From Clostridia bacterium (GTDB lineage: Bacteria > Bacillota > Clostridia > UBA1212 > UBA1255), in contig JAZQDE010000008.1 in NCBI GenBank assembly GCA_045546695.1, forward strand, positions 27,782 through 91,781: a DNA stretch of 64,000 bases, read 5' to 3'. How positions within the stretch are numbered: position 1 is the first letter of the stretch; the number at the start of each line of letters is the position of its first letter. The notes below the pieces were generated by a model. The model searched no databases. It had not been told where the DNA came from and saw nothing but the letters and a program-made list of their open reading frames with translations. Made by a program: the position numbers and the translations under genes. Shown piece after piece: positions 1-9,038 of this stretch.

Positions 1-17
1 AGGATCATAGAATCATA

Positions 18-575
18 TTGATGCATTACGATACACTCCATCAGAGCACTGACTGGGAATATAAACATGGTAAAAATGGTTTGCCTGAGTCAGACTATAT
101 TATTGACTGGACATATGATGAAATTTGTCAATTGCGCCTTAAAGCCGGAAGGAATTTTAATAGTGAAGCTATAACAGAATATATTGTTCCAACGCTTGAA
201 GATGTCCTTATGGTATGTAATAACAGATCATTTTTTATAATGGATAAAATGAATCCGTGGGAAGAATGGGAAACAATATATAAATGTATCCTTGAAACAA
301 AATGTTATGAGCCATTTGCTTTTGCGTATAAGTTTCCGGAAGAAGAAGTATGTAGAATCAGGAAATTGATGCTAGCAGAATTTGGTAAAACAGGCCCATA
401 TTTTTATTGGCGCAGACATGCCGGATCTCTGGAACGGGAATGTCTTGGCCATGACGAGATGATAGAAGTTTTCAAACAATTTTCAGAAGGAAACAACACA
501 AACATTATGACAAATTATGTAAAAGAATTAGTTGAATATATTGATGAAAACTATAAGGAGGAAAATTTAGGATGA
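18..575 (+). CDS. Hypothetical cytoplasmic protein. It is probably truncated at the window start, because the reading frame is open back to nt 3.
   Basis: 185-aa ORF from an alternative TTG start with no in-frame stop upstream. No signal peptide. Its stop overlaps the start of the next gene (ATGA), which suggests translational coupling. I recognise no confident motif. Confidence 0.4.
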   Translation: MMHYDTLHQSTDWEYKHGKNGLPESDYIIDWTYDEICQLRLKAGRNFNSEAITEYIVPTLEDVLMVCNNRSFFIMDKMNPWEEWETIYKCILETKCYEPFAFAYKFPEEEVCRIRKLMLAEFGKTGPYFYWRRHAGSLERECLGHDEMIEVFKQFSEGNNTNIMTNYVKELVEYIDENYKEENLG

Positions 576-1732
576 AAAAACTGGTTAGTTTATTTGTTGT
601 TCTGACTTTAATTGCATCTTTTGCAATATCATCAGGTGCTGAAATCAATACAACAAGCTTTTCACAGGCAATATCAGAAATGAGTGTATTGTCATCGCAT
701 GATTTTGAAGCAGAAGACGTTGAGACAGAAGTAGCTGACACAGCTTTTGCAGATGATTGGGATGTTACACTTGGTACAGGTAATGCATTAATTTACGAAT
801 ACAATGGAAGTAAAGCTCTGATGTCATCCGGTAGCGCAATAACAGCAAACGGAACAATTAGCTACGAGCTTTCTGATGTGATTTTTGGTGAAGGTGATGC
901 ATATGCCGTTTCTATTAAGTCTACAATACCGGCAAGTGGCGCAAATTCAGTGGGACATCTCTATCTGAGGGGTTCTGAGATAATGGAACGTGATGGAAAT
1001 CCCATGAATTGGTATGACAATGACAGAAGCGGCGGTTCGTTCCGTGGAGCAAGTGGAATTGGTATCAGATGGCAGGCATCAAATGTAATTGAGGTCTCAA
1101 TAAGATTTTATGATGAAAACTCAAATACTCATGTAAATACTGCTTATGCGAGAATCAAATCTACAGGTTTCCCGTATGGCGAGACTCATACAATATCCGC
1201 TGTGGATGACGGGGAAGGAAACATAGTAATTTTCCTTAATGATGCGAAATATGCAACTATAAAATACAATAACGAGGTAAAATATGAAGATGATGATTTT
1301 GATGTTAATCAGGAAACATATTATAGTAACGTAACTGTATATGACAGTGCTGATGAGCAAGTGACACTTACATATATTGATGCAACCGATAAAAGCAATG
1401 TTAAAGTGGATAGTATTACAACAGCACTTGTTGCTAAAGAGGGTAGAGTTGCTATTGCGAATGCCGGAAGACAAGTGTATTACGATGAGATTACAGTGTA
1501 TGAAAAAGTTGAAACAGAACCCACTCCGACTCCTACTCCCGTACCTACAACAGCTCCTACCGCTACTCCTACTGTAGCACCAACAAGTGCACCGACTCAA
1601 GAGCCGACAACCGCACCGATAGAGCCGGAAGATCCTGAAACAGGTGATGGTATGTATTTCATAATACTGGCACTTGCTGTAGGCGTTATAATTTCAGGCC
1701 TTGTTATATATAATAAAAAAGTTAAGAACTAA
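572..1732 (+). CDS. Secreted, membrane-anchored surface protein: signal peptide, beta-rich ectodomain, Pro/Thr-rich linker and C-terminal TM anchor.
   Basis: N-terminus MKKLVSLFVVLTLIASFAISSGA resembles a signal peptide. The PT-repeat linker TEPTPTPTPVPTTAPTATPTVAPTSAPTQEPTTAP is encoded at about 1510-1620. The C-terminus is hydrophobic (FIILALAVGVIISGLVIY) followed by basic NKKVKN. Confidence 0.6.
   Translation: MKKLVSLFVVLTLIASFAISSGAEINTTSFSQAISEMSVLSSHDFEAEDVETEVADTAFADDWDVTLGTGNALIYEYNGSKALMSSGSAITANGTISYELSDVIFGEGDAYAVSIKSTIPASGANSVGHLYLRGSEIMERDGNPMNWYDNDRSGGSFRGASGIGIRWQASNVIEVSIRFYDENSNTHVNTAYARIKSTGFPYGETHTISAVDDGEGNIVIFLNDAKYATIKYNNEVKYEDDDFDVNQETYYSNVTVYDSADEQVTLTYIDATDKSNVKVDSITTALVAKEGRVAIANAGRQVYYDEITVYEKVETEPTPTPTPVPTTAPTATPTVAPTSAPTQEPTTAPIEPEDPETGDGMYFIILALAVGVIISGLVIYNKKVKN
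1510..1620 (+). repeat. Pro/Thr-rich low-complexity linker-coding repeat inside the surface-protein gene.
   Basis: Repeated cc(g/t)ac(t/a) codons encoding PTPTPTPVPTTAPTATPTVAPTSAPT. Confidence 0.6.
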
Positions 1733-1751
1733 TAATTCGTTCTTTGAAAAA

Positions 1752-1790
1752 AAGCCGTTATTTCAATATTGAATTAACGGCTTTTTTTAT
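1752..1790 (+). terminator. Rho-independent terminator after the surface-protein gene.
   Basis: Hairpin aagccgtta...taacggctt followed by TTTTTTT. Confidence 0.6.
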
Positions 1791-1869
1791 TGACATTATT
1801 TGTCATAATATGGTATTCTTGCAAAAAGCGACACAGATGTCGCAAATTTGAGGGAGAAGATGATACATA

Positions 1870-3297
1870 ATGCATAGCCTTGACAAAAAATGGAAAGAAC
1901 TCTTGTTTGCAGCAAACAGTTTCGGACCAAATCTATTGTTCGTTTTAATTGGCGCATATCTTACTGACGCCATAAATCCAATCGGTCTTACAGCTAATAT
2001 TGAAAATTGGAGTCTGACCGGCTATTGCCTGGTAATTCCAGTAATGTTTGGTATAACATGGGCACTTACGAAAGTATTTGACGGTCTTGTCGATATTCCG
2101 CTTGCGTATTTGACAGATAATATCCGTACGCGTTGGGGACGTCGCAGACCGATGTTTATAATTTCTCTGATACCGCAGATTATCAGCTTTGTTCTTGTAT
2201 GGACACCTTTACAGTTCCGCGAGAACAGCGTCCTCAACACATTGTGGATCGGACTTATGTTACTGATTTACTATAGTAGTTACACTTTATCGATGATTAC
2301 ATTTTTTGGATCGTCTTCATCAATCTGTAAAGACGAAGCGCAAAGAGTAAGAGTAGGTAATTTCAAATCGTTTTTTGATACAATCGGATATTGTATTGTT
2401 TACGCACTTCTGCCGATCTTCATCGGAAAAGGTATAAATATCCGCACAATTGCTTTGATTTCACTTCCTTTATTACTGACACTTCTTATACCTTTGTTCC
2501 TGATTAAAGAAGGCGAGAAATACGGTCAGGGCAAAGATTATCTTCCCGAAGCACGTGTTTCAATGAAAGACAGTTTCAGACTTACTCTTAAAAACAGACT
2601 GTTTTTAACGTGGATTATTCCAAATGGTTGCGCATATTTCGGACTTAATATGTTTTTGGCGTCACAAAATGCATTGATTTCAGGAGTAATGAATTTACCT
2701 GCACAATATGCCGCGGTTATGAACACGTGTGCTTTTGCACCTGTACCATTGATGCTTTTCATCTATTATAAAATGATTCAGAAAAAGGGCATAAGATTCA
2801 GCTATCGGGTGGCTTTGGGCACATTTGCTGTTGCAATTCTCAATTTCTGCCTTGCAAGTGAATATTTATTCCCGGACAGTATAACACCGCGAATTATAAT
2901 CGGCTGCATCGGTGGCTTCCTCGGTTCGTTTGGTATCGGTGCTTTTTTTGCAACTCCTTTCATGGTTCCGGCGCAGATTGCCGCTCTGGAATTCAAAGTA
3001 ACGGGCAAGGACCATACGGCTATGTATTTTGCGATACAGTCACTTGCAACGTCAGTAATGGCAGCTATTTCCACAGGACTGGTATACGAACAGATAAAAA
3101 ATATTGTTACACCAAAAGTAATCGATGGTGTTGCTGTTGCCGGTGAAACATGGAAAGTCGGTGCTTCTCTCGTTCCTGTAATTCTCAGTGCAACATGTAT
3201 CATTGGATTTATAATTGCAGGAAAAATGCCAAAACAATTTACACAGGAAATCGTAGAGAAAGAGATGTTACGTATTGAATCAAAAAATAAGGAGTGA
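1870..3297 (+). CDS. MFS transporter of the glycoside-pentoside-hexuronide (GPH):cation symporter family.
   Basis: About 12 predicted TM segments. The loop motif DNIRTRWGRRRP matches the GPH/MelB-type D-x-x-R-x-G-R-R-P signature. Confidence 0.75.
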   Translation: MHSLDKKWKELLFAANSFGPNLLFVLIGAYLTDAINPIGLTANIENWSLTGYCLVIPVMFGITWALTKVFDGLVDIPLAYLTDNIRTRWGRRRPMFIISLIPQIISFVLVWTPLQFRENSVLNTLWIGLMLLIYYSSYTLSMITFFGSSSSICKDEAQRVRVGNFKSFFDTIGYCIVYALLPIFIGKGINIRTIALISLPLLLTLLIPLFLIKEGEKYGQGKDYLPEARVSMKDSFRLTLKNRLFLTWIIPNGCAYFGLNMFLASQNALISGVMNLPAQYAAVMNTCAFAPVPLMLFIYYKMIQKKGIRFSYRVALGTFAVAILNFCLASEYLFPDSITPRIIIGCIGGFLGSFGIGAFFATPFMVPAQIAALEFKVTGKDHTAMYFAIQSLATSVMAAISTGLVYEQIKNIVTPKVIDGVAVAGETWKVGASLVPVILSATCIIGFIIAGKMPKQFTQEIVEKEMLRIESKNKE

Positions 3298-3334
3298 TAT
3301 ACTTTTCGTATAATTTGCGAATGAGGTTGTCACT

Positions 3335-3904
3335 ATGACTACAAAAGGCGAAACGTCCAGATTAAAGATTTTAAAAGCAGCGCATACTCTTTTCAGTAAA
3401 AAAGGGTATTGCGCTGTTACTATGAAAGATATTACAGATGCAACCGGATTTTCACGTGGCGGGCTATACAGGCACTTTTCATCAACTGAAGATATATTTC
3501 TCGAATTGATTGAAACAGAGCAAAAAAAGGCACTCGCGGCGCTTGAGGATGCTATAGAAATGGATTTACACCCTGACACAATAATACATACCTTTTTATT
3601 TAACAGAATGAAAAAAATCTGTAGTCCTGAAAAAAGCTTCGATAATGCTGTTTCTGAATTTGCTGCCAATAGTGAAAAAGGTCTTGCCGCACTAAGAAGA
3701 AGGGCGGAGATATCGATTCGGATTCTGACACGTTTGATTGAGAATGGTAATTCAAAAGGCTGTTTTTCTTGTGATAATCCCTTAGCTTCGGCAGAGCATA
3801 TTTTATGGCTTATGGAAGGCATATCAAAACATTCATCGCTCTTTGACGTAGATGACAATAAGATTAACGAACAGGTTGTATTGCTTGAAAAAATTCTTAA
3901 ATGA
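3335..3904 (+). CDS. TetR/AcrR-family transcriptional regulator.
   Basis: N-terminal HTH LFSKKGYCAVTMKDITDATGFSRGGLYRHFSSTEDIF is typical of TetR proteins. Length is 189 aa. Confidence 0.8.
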   Translation: MTTKGETSRLKILKAAHTLFSKKGYCAVTMKDITDATGFSRGGLYRHFSSTEDIFLELIETEQKKALAALEDAIEMDLHPDTIIHTFLFNRMKKICSPEKSFDNAVSEFAANSEKGLAALRRRAEISIRILTRLIENGNSKGCFSCDNPLASAEHILWLMEGISKHSSLFDVDDNKINEQVVLLEKILK

Positions 3905-3905
3905 T

Positions 3906-4997
3906 TTATTTATTCAATATATGATTTATAAATTTTTTCATTGGACAACCATCTATATCAGGACGCCAGACATCCTGCATTCTTCTGCAACCACCATTAC
4001 ACGCGCTTAAATACCGGCATGCTTTGCATTGATCAGCAAGCTTCGGTTTGTCAGTAATAAATTTTTTAATGCCGCTTGAGCAAAGCGTGTCATCAATTGA
4101 AGTATCTATTACATTTCCTGTGCAATATTCTGGTAAAACATAAAAATCACACGGATAAATGTTGCCATCTGATTCAATAACCAGTTGTGCATTACATTTT
4201 CCAGAGAAAACACAAGGGTCTGATATATTGCCCTGTAGTGCGTTAATTATTGCTGAAAACTCCCTGACTTCAAAAGGAGGACAGGAGTTTTTCCTGAAAT
4301 CATCTATCCAATAATTATAAAAATTCATAAGGAAATCCGCTAAAATATCTCTGTCTATAGTATCATTTTCACCGATGGGCGGCAGACAGGGGATAAGCTG
4401 AACATATTCAACATTAGATCTTTTGTAAAAATTATATAATTTACTTGGACTATTTAATACTGATTTAGAAAGTACAGTCAGGAAATTGACACATATGCCG
4501 GCATCAATCATCCTCCGGTATGCTTTCATAACTAAATGATGTGTAGGTGCACCATCATTAAACACTCTGTTTATATCATGACTGGAAGTATCACCGTCAA
4601 CTGATATACCGATTATACAATTGTGTCTTTTGAAAAGATCAATCCATTTTTCACCATTGATATCGTCGCTGATGCATATTCCGTTTGTCTGAAAAATGTA
4701 TTGTGCGTTAATGTTATGAATCGAAATTGCGTTAAAAAAGTAATTGTAAAATTCTATACCGGCAAGTAAAGGCTCGCCACCCTGAAAAGCAATAGTCACA
4801 ATACCCGAAGGTGATAACTTTGCTTTAATCATTAATATCAACGAATCAACGACAGTTCTTGTCATTATCATGCCGGGTTGCGCACCGCAAGACTCCATTT
4901 CTTTATAGAAACAATATTTACAGGACATCTGACAGAGTCCAGAGGCCGGTTTAACAAGAACTGTAAGTCGGTTTACTTTCAAAAAACAACACTCCAT
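3906..4997 (-). CDS. Radical SAM/SPASM-domain enzyme of the anaerobic sulfatase-maturase (anSME)-like family.
   Basis: KPASGLCQMSCKYCFY carries the CX3CX2C radical-SAM motif in an anSME-like context. The C-terminal SPASM cysteines are CNAQLVIESDGNIYPCDF and CKACRYLSACNGGC. The ORF track extends it to a TTG at 5042, but that codon lies inside the rplS promoter, so the ATG at 4997 is preferred. Neither start has a clear SD. Confidence 0.7.
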   Translation of the reverse strand: MECCFLKVNRLTVLVKPASGLCQMSCKYCFYKEMESCGAQPGMIMTRTVVDSLILMIKAKLSPSGIVTIAFQGGEPLLAGIEFYNYFFNAISIHNINAQYIFQTNGICISDDINGEKWIDLFKRHNCIIGISVDGDTSSHDINRVFNDGAPTHHLVMKAYRRMIDAGICVNFLTVLSKSVLNSPSKLYNFYKRSNVEYVQLIPCLPPIGENDTIDRDILADFLMNFYNYWIDDFRKNSCPPFEVREFSAIINALQGNISDPCVFSGKCNAQLVIESDGNIYPCDFYVLPEYCTGNVIDTSIDDTLCSSGIKKFITDKPKLADQCKACRYLSACNGGCRRMQDVWRPDIDGCPMKKFINHILNK

Positions 4998-5035
4998 GCA
5001 ATGAATTTTTTTTATTTTACATCTTTTTTTTGATG

Positions 5036-5065
5036 TTGACAAGCATAGCGCCCACGTGATATACT
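5036..5065 (+). promoter_or_regulatory. Sigma-A-type promoter of rplS.
   Basis: -35 TTGACA at 5036-5041, an 18-nt spacer, then an extended -10 TGaTATACT at 5057-5065. Confidence 0.4.
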
Positions 5066-5154
5066 TTCGAAGTTAGTGTTCAGCTACTATAGCTGACACT
5101 ATGAGTAATGGCGGTCCGCTGCATTCTTCGTAAGAACGTCAAGGTGGAAGGAGA
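5066..5154 (+). promoter_or_regulatory. Structured 5' leader of rplS (candidate L19-leader autoregulatory element).
   Basis: About 90 nt of untranslated leader with a perfect hairpin (TCAGCTActatAGCTGA at 5080-5097). A ribosomal-protein leader motif is known upstream of rplS in Firmicutes. Confidence 0.3.
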
Positions 5155-5508
5155 GTGAAGAAAATGAATAACATTATTAAAGCTGTTGAGGCTGAATACC
5201 TTAATGAATCTGCTACACCTACAGCAATCGGTGATTACGTAAAGGTTCACTTCAAGGTTAAAGAGGGTGCTCGTGAGAGAATTCAGATTTTCGAGGGTAC
5301 AGTTATTGGTAAACGCGGTCAGGGAGTATGCGAGACATTTACAGTTCGTAAACTTTCATTTGGTTGTGGTGTTGAGAGAATTTTCCCTGTACATTCACCT
5401 AAGATCGCTAAGATTGAAGTCGTAAGACACGGTAAAGTCAGAAGAGCTAAACTTTATTACCTTCGTGGTAGAGTTGGTAAAGCTGCTAAGGTTGCTGAAA
5501 AGATCTAA
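5155..5508 (+). CDS. rplS: 50S ribosomal protein L19.
   Basis: Sequence is classic L19: ...[64 protein letters not shown]... Confidence 0.95.
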   Translation: MKKMNNIIKAVEAEYLNESATPTAIGDYVKVHFKVKEGARERIQIFEGTVIGKRGQGVCETFTVRKLSFGCGVERIFPVHSPKIAKIEVVRHGKVRRAKLYYLRGRVGKAAKVAEKI

Positions 5509-5589
5509 TTGCGTTTATTCCACGCGTTGGGACATTTCGATTGAAATGTCCCAATTTGTTTTTATAGAGATTTTACAAAAATTGTCATT

Positions 5590-5967
5590 ATGCCCGGAAG
5601 ATACACAAATACAGAACTTGGTAATATCGGTGAAAATCTTACTTTAGATAAGTATGTATCAATGGGATACAGATTGGTTGCCAGAAACTGGCGATATTCA
5701 AAAGTAGGCGAGATAGACCTGATTCTTTCAAAACAATCGACGCTTGTTATATGTGAAGTTAAAACGAGAACGAGTGGTTTTCCGGAAGTACCGAGCCGCG
5801 CAGTCAACAAAGCAAAAAGACAAAGAATAATAAAACTTGCAAAGATTTTTGTACTTCAGAATTCACAATTCCGTAATTACAATATCAGATTTGATATTTC
5901 TCAGATTCTGATAAATAAAAACAACATTGCAACGATAGATTTGCTTGAAAATGCATTTTATAATTAA
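5590..5967 (+). CDS. yraN: YraN-family (UPF0102) endonuclease.
   Basis: RLVARNWRYSKVGEIDLILSKQSTLVICEVKTRTS matches the YraN core (ARNWR...GEIDLI...VEVKTR). Confidence 0.8.
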   Translation: MPGRYTNTELGNIGENLTLDKYVSMGYRLVARNWRYSKVGEIDLILSKQSTLVICEVKTRTSGFPEVPSRAVNKAKRQRIIKLAKIFVLQNSQFRNYNIRFDISQILINKNNIATIDLLENAFYN

Positions 5968-6035
5968 AAATCTTTAGTTGCTTTTCACCTGTATTTATGT
6001 TAAAAATGAAACAGCAATTTTTTTAGGAGCGCAAT

Positions 6036-7598
6036 ATGAATATCAAAAAAATATTAGCATTGGTTTTAGCAGTTATGATTATTTGTACTTTATTTGCATG
6101 TGGAAACGATGAAAACAAGCCCAGCCCAGAACCGGAGGCAACAATTACGCCTTTGCCGGAGCCGACAGCTCTTCCTACACTTGAGCCTCAGCCCGACATT
6201 ACAGATCCCGGCGAGCTCGTTGAATATACCGTATCACGCACGATTTCATCAAATATGGTTGTTCAAAGAAATGCATATTTCAATGTATTTGGTTGGTCTG
6301 AAAACAAAGGCGGCATTATTTATGCAGAATTTATGGGTGAAAAGCGCTACGCTGTTATAGATGATAACGGCGAGTGGTGCATTCAGTTCTCGTCACATGA
6401 AGCTACATGCGATGCACAGACTCTGAAGATTTATCCGACAAATGGTGAAGTTACTGAATATACAGATATTCTCGTCGGTGACGTATGGGTTATATCAGGA
6501 CAATCCAACGCAGAACTGACATTTTCATCAACTGTGTCTAAAACACCTGAATACAAAGACGAGATAAGCAAAGATGACAATATCAGAATTTTCACACAGA
6601 CAAGAATAGGTGTTCTGAATGTTCAGAACAAAATTGATATATCAGTTCCTCAGGCAGACGTAGTCACACGTGGATGGAAATGGCAAAGGACAACACTTGG
6701 TTCTGTAAATCCTTTTTCGGCACTTGGATATTACTTTGTAAAAGAACTCAGCAAAATTGTTACTGACGTTCCGCTTGGCGTTATTATGGCAGCTGCCGGT
6801 GGAGCAACATTACATGAACTTATGCCTGTTGAACTCGCAAAAGAATGTGGATTTTCAACAGGTCCTACAGTTCCGAACGGCGGTTTTTATAATACTCTTT
6901 TGCATCCTTTTACAAGAAATTCCATTACAGGTATGATTTACTACCAGGGCGAGAGCGAATCCAATGCAAATCAATACAAGAAATATGCTAACAATCTTAA
7001 ATTGACTGTTGAAGCATACAGAGAAGCATGGGGCGTTAATTTCCCGTTCATCAACGTTCAGCTCGCAACTCACAGGGGCGACAGTTATGCTCATTGGCCA
7101 CAGCTTATGAATTTGCGTATGGAACAGTATAATGCATACAAGATGATTGACAACTCATACATTGTTACGTCTATGGATCAGGATTTCAAAAAAGGCGATC
7201 CTGACTGGGCACATCCATATTACAAACTTGAACTCGGCCGCAGAGCTGCAACGATTGCCGCAAGTGCTATATATGAAAAGCTTGATGCAGAATATGCATT
7301 CTGCCCGGAACCATGCAATATAAAATGGGAAGGCGAATCAGTTCTTATTGAGTTCAAATATGTCGGTGACGGACTCAAATTATTGGACGGCGATGAGCTT
7401 TGTGGCTTCCAGGTTTATGATGAATTGGGAATTACATATTGTGATGCAGAGATTATAGATAAAAACACTGTTAAAATAACTGCAGATTTTGAAATAATCG
7501 GAATTGCATACGCTATGGAACATAATGCTTCACTCGATAAGGCAAATCTCGGAAACAGCATAGATTATCCGGCTCCGGCGTTTGAAATTATGAAATAA
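6036..7598 (+). CDS. Lipoprotein of the sialate O-acetylesterase-like (SASA/DUF303) carbohydrate-esterase family.
   Basis: Lipobox LFAC-G followed by a Pro/Thr-rich linker. GDVWVISGQSNAE matches the GQSN catalytic motif of 9-O-acetylesterase-type SGNH hydrolases. Confidence 0.6.
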   Translation: MNIKKILALVLAVMIICTLFACGNDENKPSPEPEATITPLPEPTALPTLEPQPDITDPGELVEYTVSRTISSNMVVQRNAYFNVFGWSENKGGIIYAEFMGEKRYAVIDDNGEWCIQFSSHEATCDAQTLKIYPTNGEVTEYTDILVGDVWVISGQSNAELTFSSTVSKTPEYKDEISKDDNIRIFTQTRIGVLNVQNKIDISVPQADVVTRGWKWQRTTLGSVNPFSALGYYFVKELSKIVTDVPLGVIMAAAGGATLHELMPVELAKECGFSTGPTVPNGGFYNTLLHPFTRNSITGMIYYQGESESNANQYKKYANNLKLTVEAYREAWGVNFPFINVQLATHRGDSYAHWPQLMNLRMEQYNAYKMIDNSYIVTSMDQDFKKGDPDWAHPYYKLELGRRAATIAASAIYEKLDAEYAFCPEPCNIKWEGESVLIEFKYVGDGLKLLDGDELCGFQVYDELGITYCDAEIIDKNTVKITADFEIIGIAYAMEHNASLDKANLGNSIDYPAPAFEIMK

Positions 7599-7700
7599 CA
7601 ACAGAATTTTATATTTAAAGGCTCTTATTTAATACTTTACTTTTTCACAGAATTAATCTATACTAAGTGGAATTTTATATATTAAAGGGAGCCTTTTTTT

Positions 7701-8984
7701 ATGTGCTATAATAATCTGTCAAAAGAAGAATTACAAAAAGAACTTGATGTTCAGCTTAAACGTTATTCTGAATATAAAGCAAAGAATCTCAATTATGATA
7801 TAACAAGAGGTAAGCCTTCAGTAGAACAGCTTCAGTTATCTCTTGATATTTTAAATACAGAATATATCGGTGATTGTAAATCAGACGGTATTGATTGTCG
7901 TAACTACGGTCAACTTGAAGGTATCCCACAAATCCGCAGATTTTTCGCGTGTGTACTTGGTACAAAAGAGGAGAACGTTATTGCGGGTGGTAATTCAAGT
8001 CTTAATATGATGTATGACATTATCGCAGATTATATGCTTTTCGGTACAGAATCAAGCGATAAACCCTGGTTCAAATACGACAAAATTAAATTCCTTTGTC
8101 CTGTACCGGGTTATGACAGACATTTCACTATCTGTGAAAAAATGGGTATCGAAATGATACCAATCCCAATGGTTTATGAGCCAAGTAATAAGATTGGTCC
8201 TGATATGGATATGATTGAAGAACTTGTTGCAAATGATCCTACAATTAAGGGAATGTGGTCCGTTCCAAAATATAGCAATCCTACAGGTATTACATATGCA
8301 GACGACGTTGTAAGACGTCTTGCTTCAATGAAATGTGCTGCTCACGATTTCAAAATTTTCTGGGATGATGCGTATGCAGTTCATTTTCTTGAAGGAGAGC
8401 CTGACAAGATTCTCAGCCTGATCGATGAATGTGAAAAGGCAGGTAACCCTGACAGAGCAATCTGCATTACATCCACTTCAAAAATAACATTCCCGGGTGG
8501 CGGTGTTGCTGCAATCGCAGGTAGTCTTAATACTGTAAATTATATTAAAAAATGTTTCACAACACAGACAATCGGTCCGGATAAATTAAATCAATTGAGA
8601 CATATTAATTATATTAAAGATTATCCGAGCCTTATGGAACATATGGCAAAGCATGCAAAAATCCTTGCTCCTAAGTTCAAGGCTGTTATTGACGTTCTTG
8701 AAGAAGAAGTAAAAGATTGCAATGCATTTACATTTACAAAACCTACAGGCGGATACTTTATAAGCGTTGATATGATGGTAGAAGGTGCTGCAAGAGCGGT
8801 TGGTCTTGCAAAAGAATGTGGTGTTGCATTTACACCGGCAGGTTCTACGTATCCTTACAGAAAGAACAACACAAATATCCGTGTTGCACCGTCATTCCCG
8901 CCGGTTGAACAGATTCCGGATGCTATCAGAGTTCTTAGTATATGTATGAAGATTGCAACGCTTGAAAAATTATTGGAAATATAA
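7701..8984 (+). CDS. PLP-dependent class I/II aminotransferase (Clostridial aspartate aminotransferase-like family).
   Basis: 427 aa. N-terminus ...YDITRGKPSVEQLQLS... is typical of this aminotransferase family. Size and fold are consistent with a class I aminotransferase. Confidence 0.6.
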   Translation: MCYNNLSKEELQKELDVQLKRYSEYKAKNLNYDITRGKPSVEQLQLSLDILNTEYIGDCKSDGIDCRNYGQLEGIPQIRRFFACVLGTKEENVIAGGNSSLNMMYDIIADYMLFGTESSDKPWFKYDKIKFLCPVPGYDRHFTICEKMGIEMIPIPMVYEPSNKIGPDMDMIEELVANDPTIKGMWSVPKYSNPTGITYADDVVRRLASMKCAAHDFKIFWDDAYAVHFLEGEPDKILSLIDECEKAGNPDRAICITSTSKITFPGGGVAAIAGSLNTVNYIKKCFTTQTIGPDKLNQLRHINYIKDYPSLMEHMAKHAKILAPKFKAVIDVLEEEVKDCNAFTFTKPTGGYFISVDMMVEGAARAVGLAKECGVAFTPAGSTYPYRKNNTNIRVAPSFPPVEQIPDAIRVLSICMKIATLEKLLEI

Positions 8985-9038
8985 TTGATTCGTTGTATAA
9001 TAAATATAATTTATAATCGTTTTTAGGAAGGTGCTACA

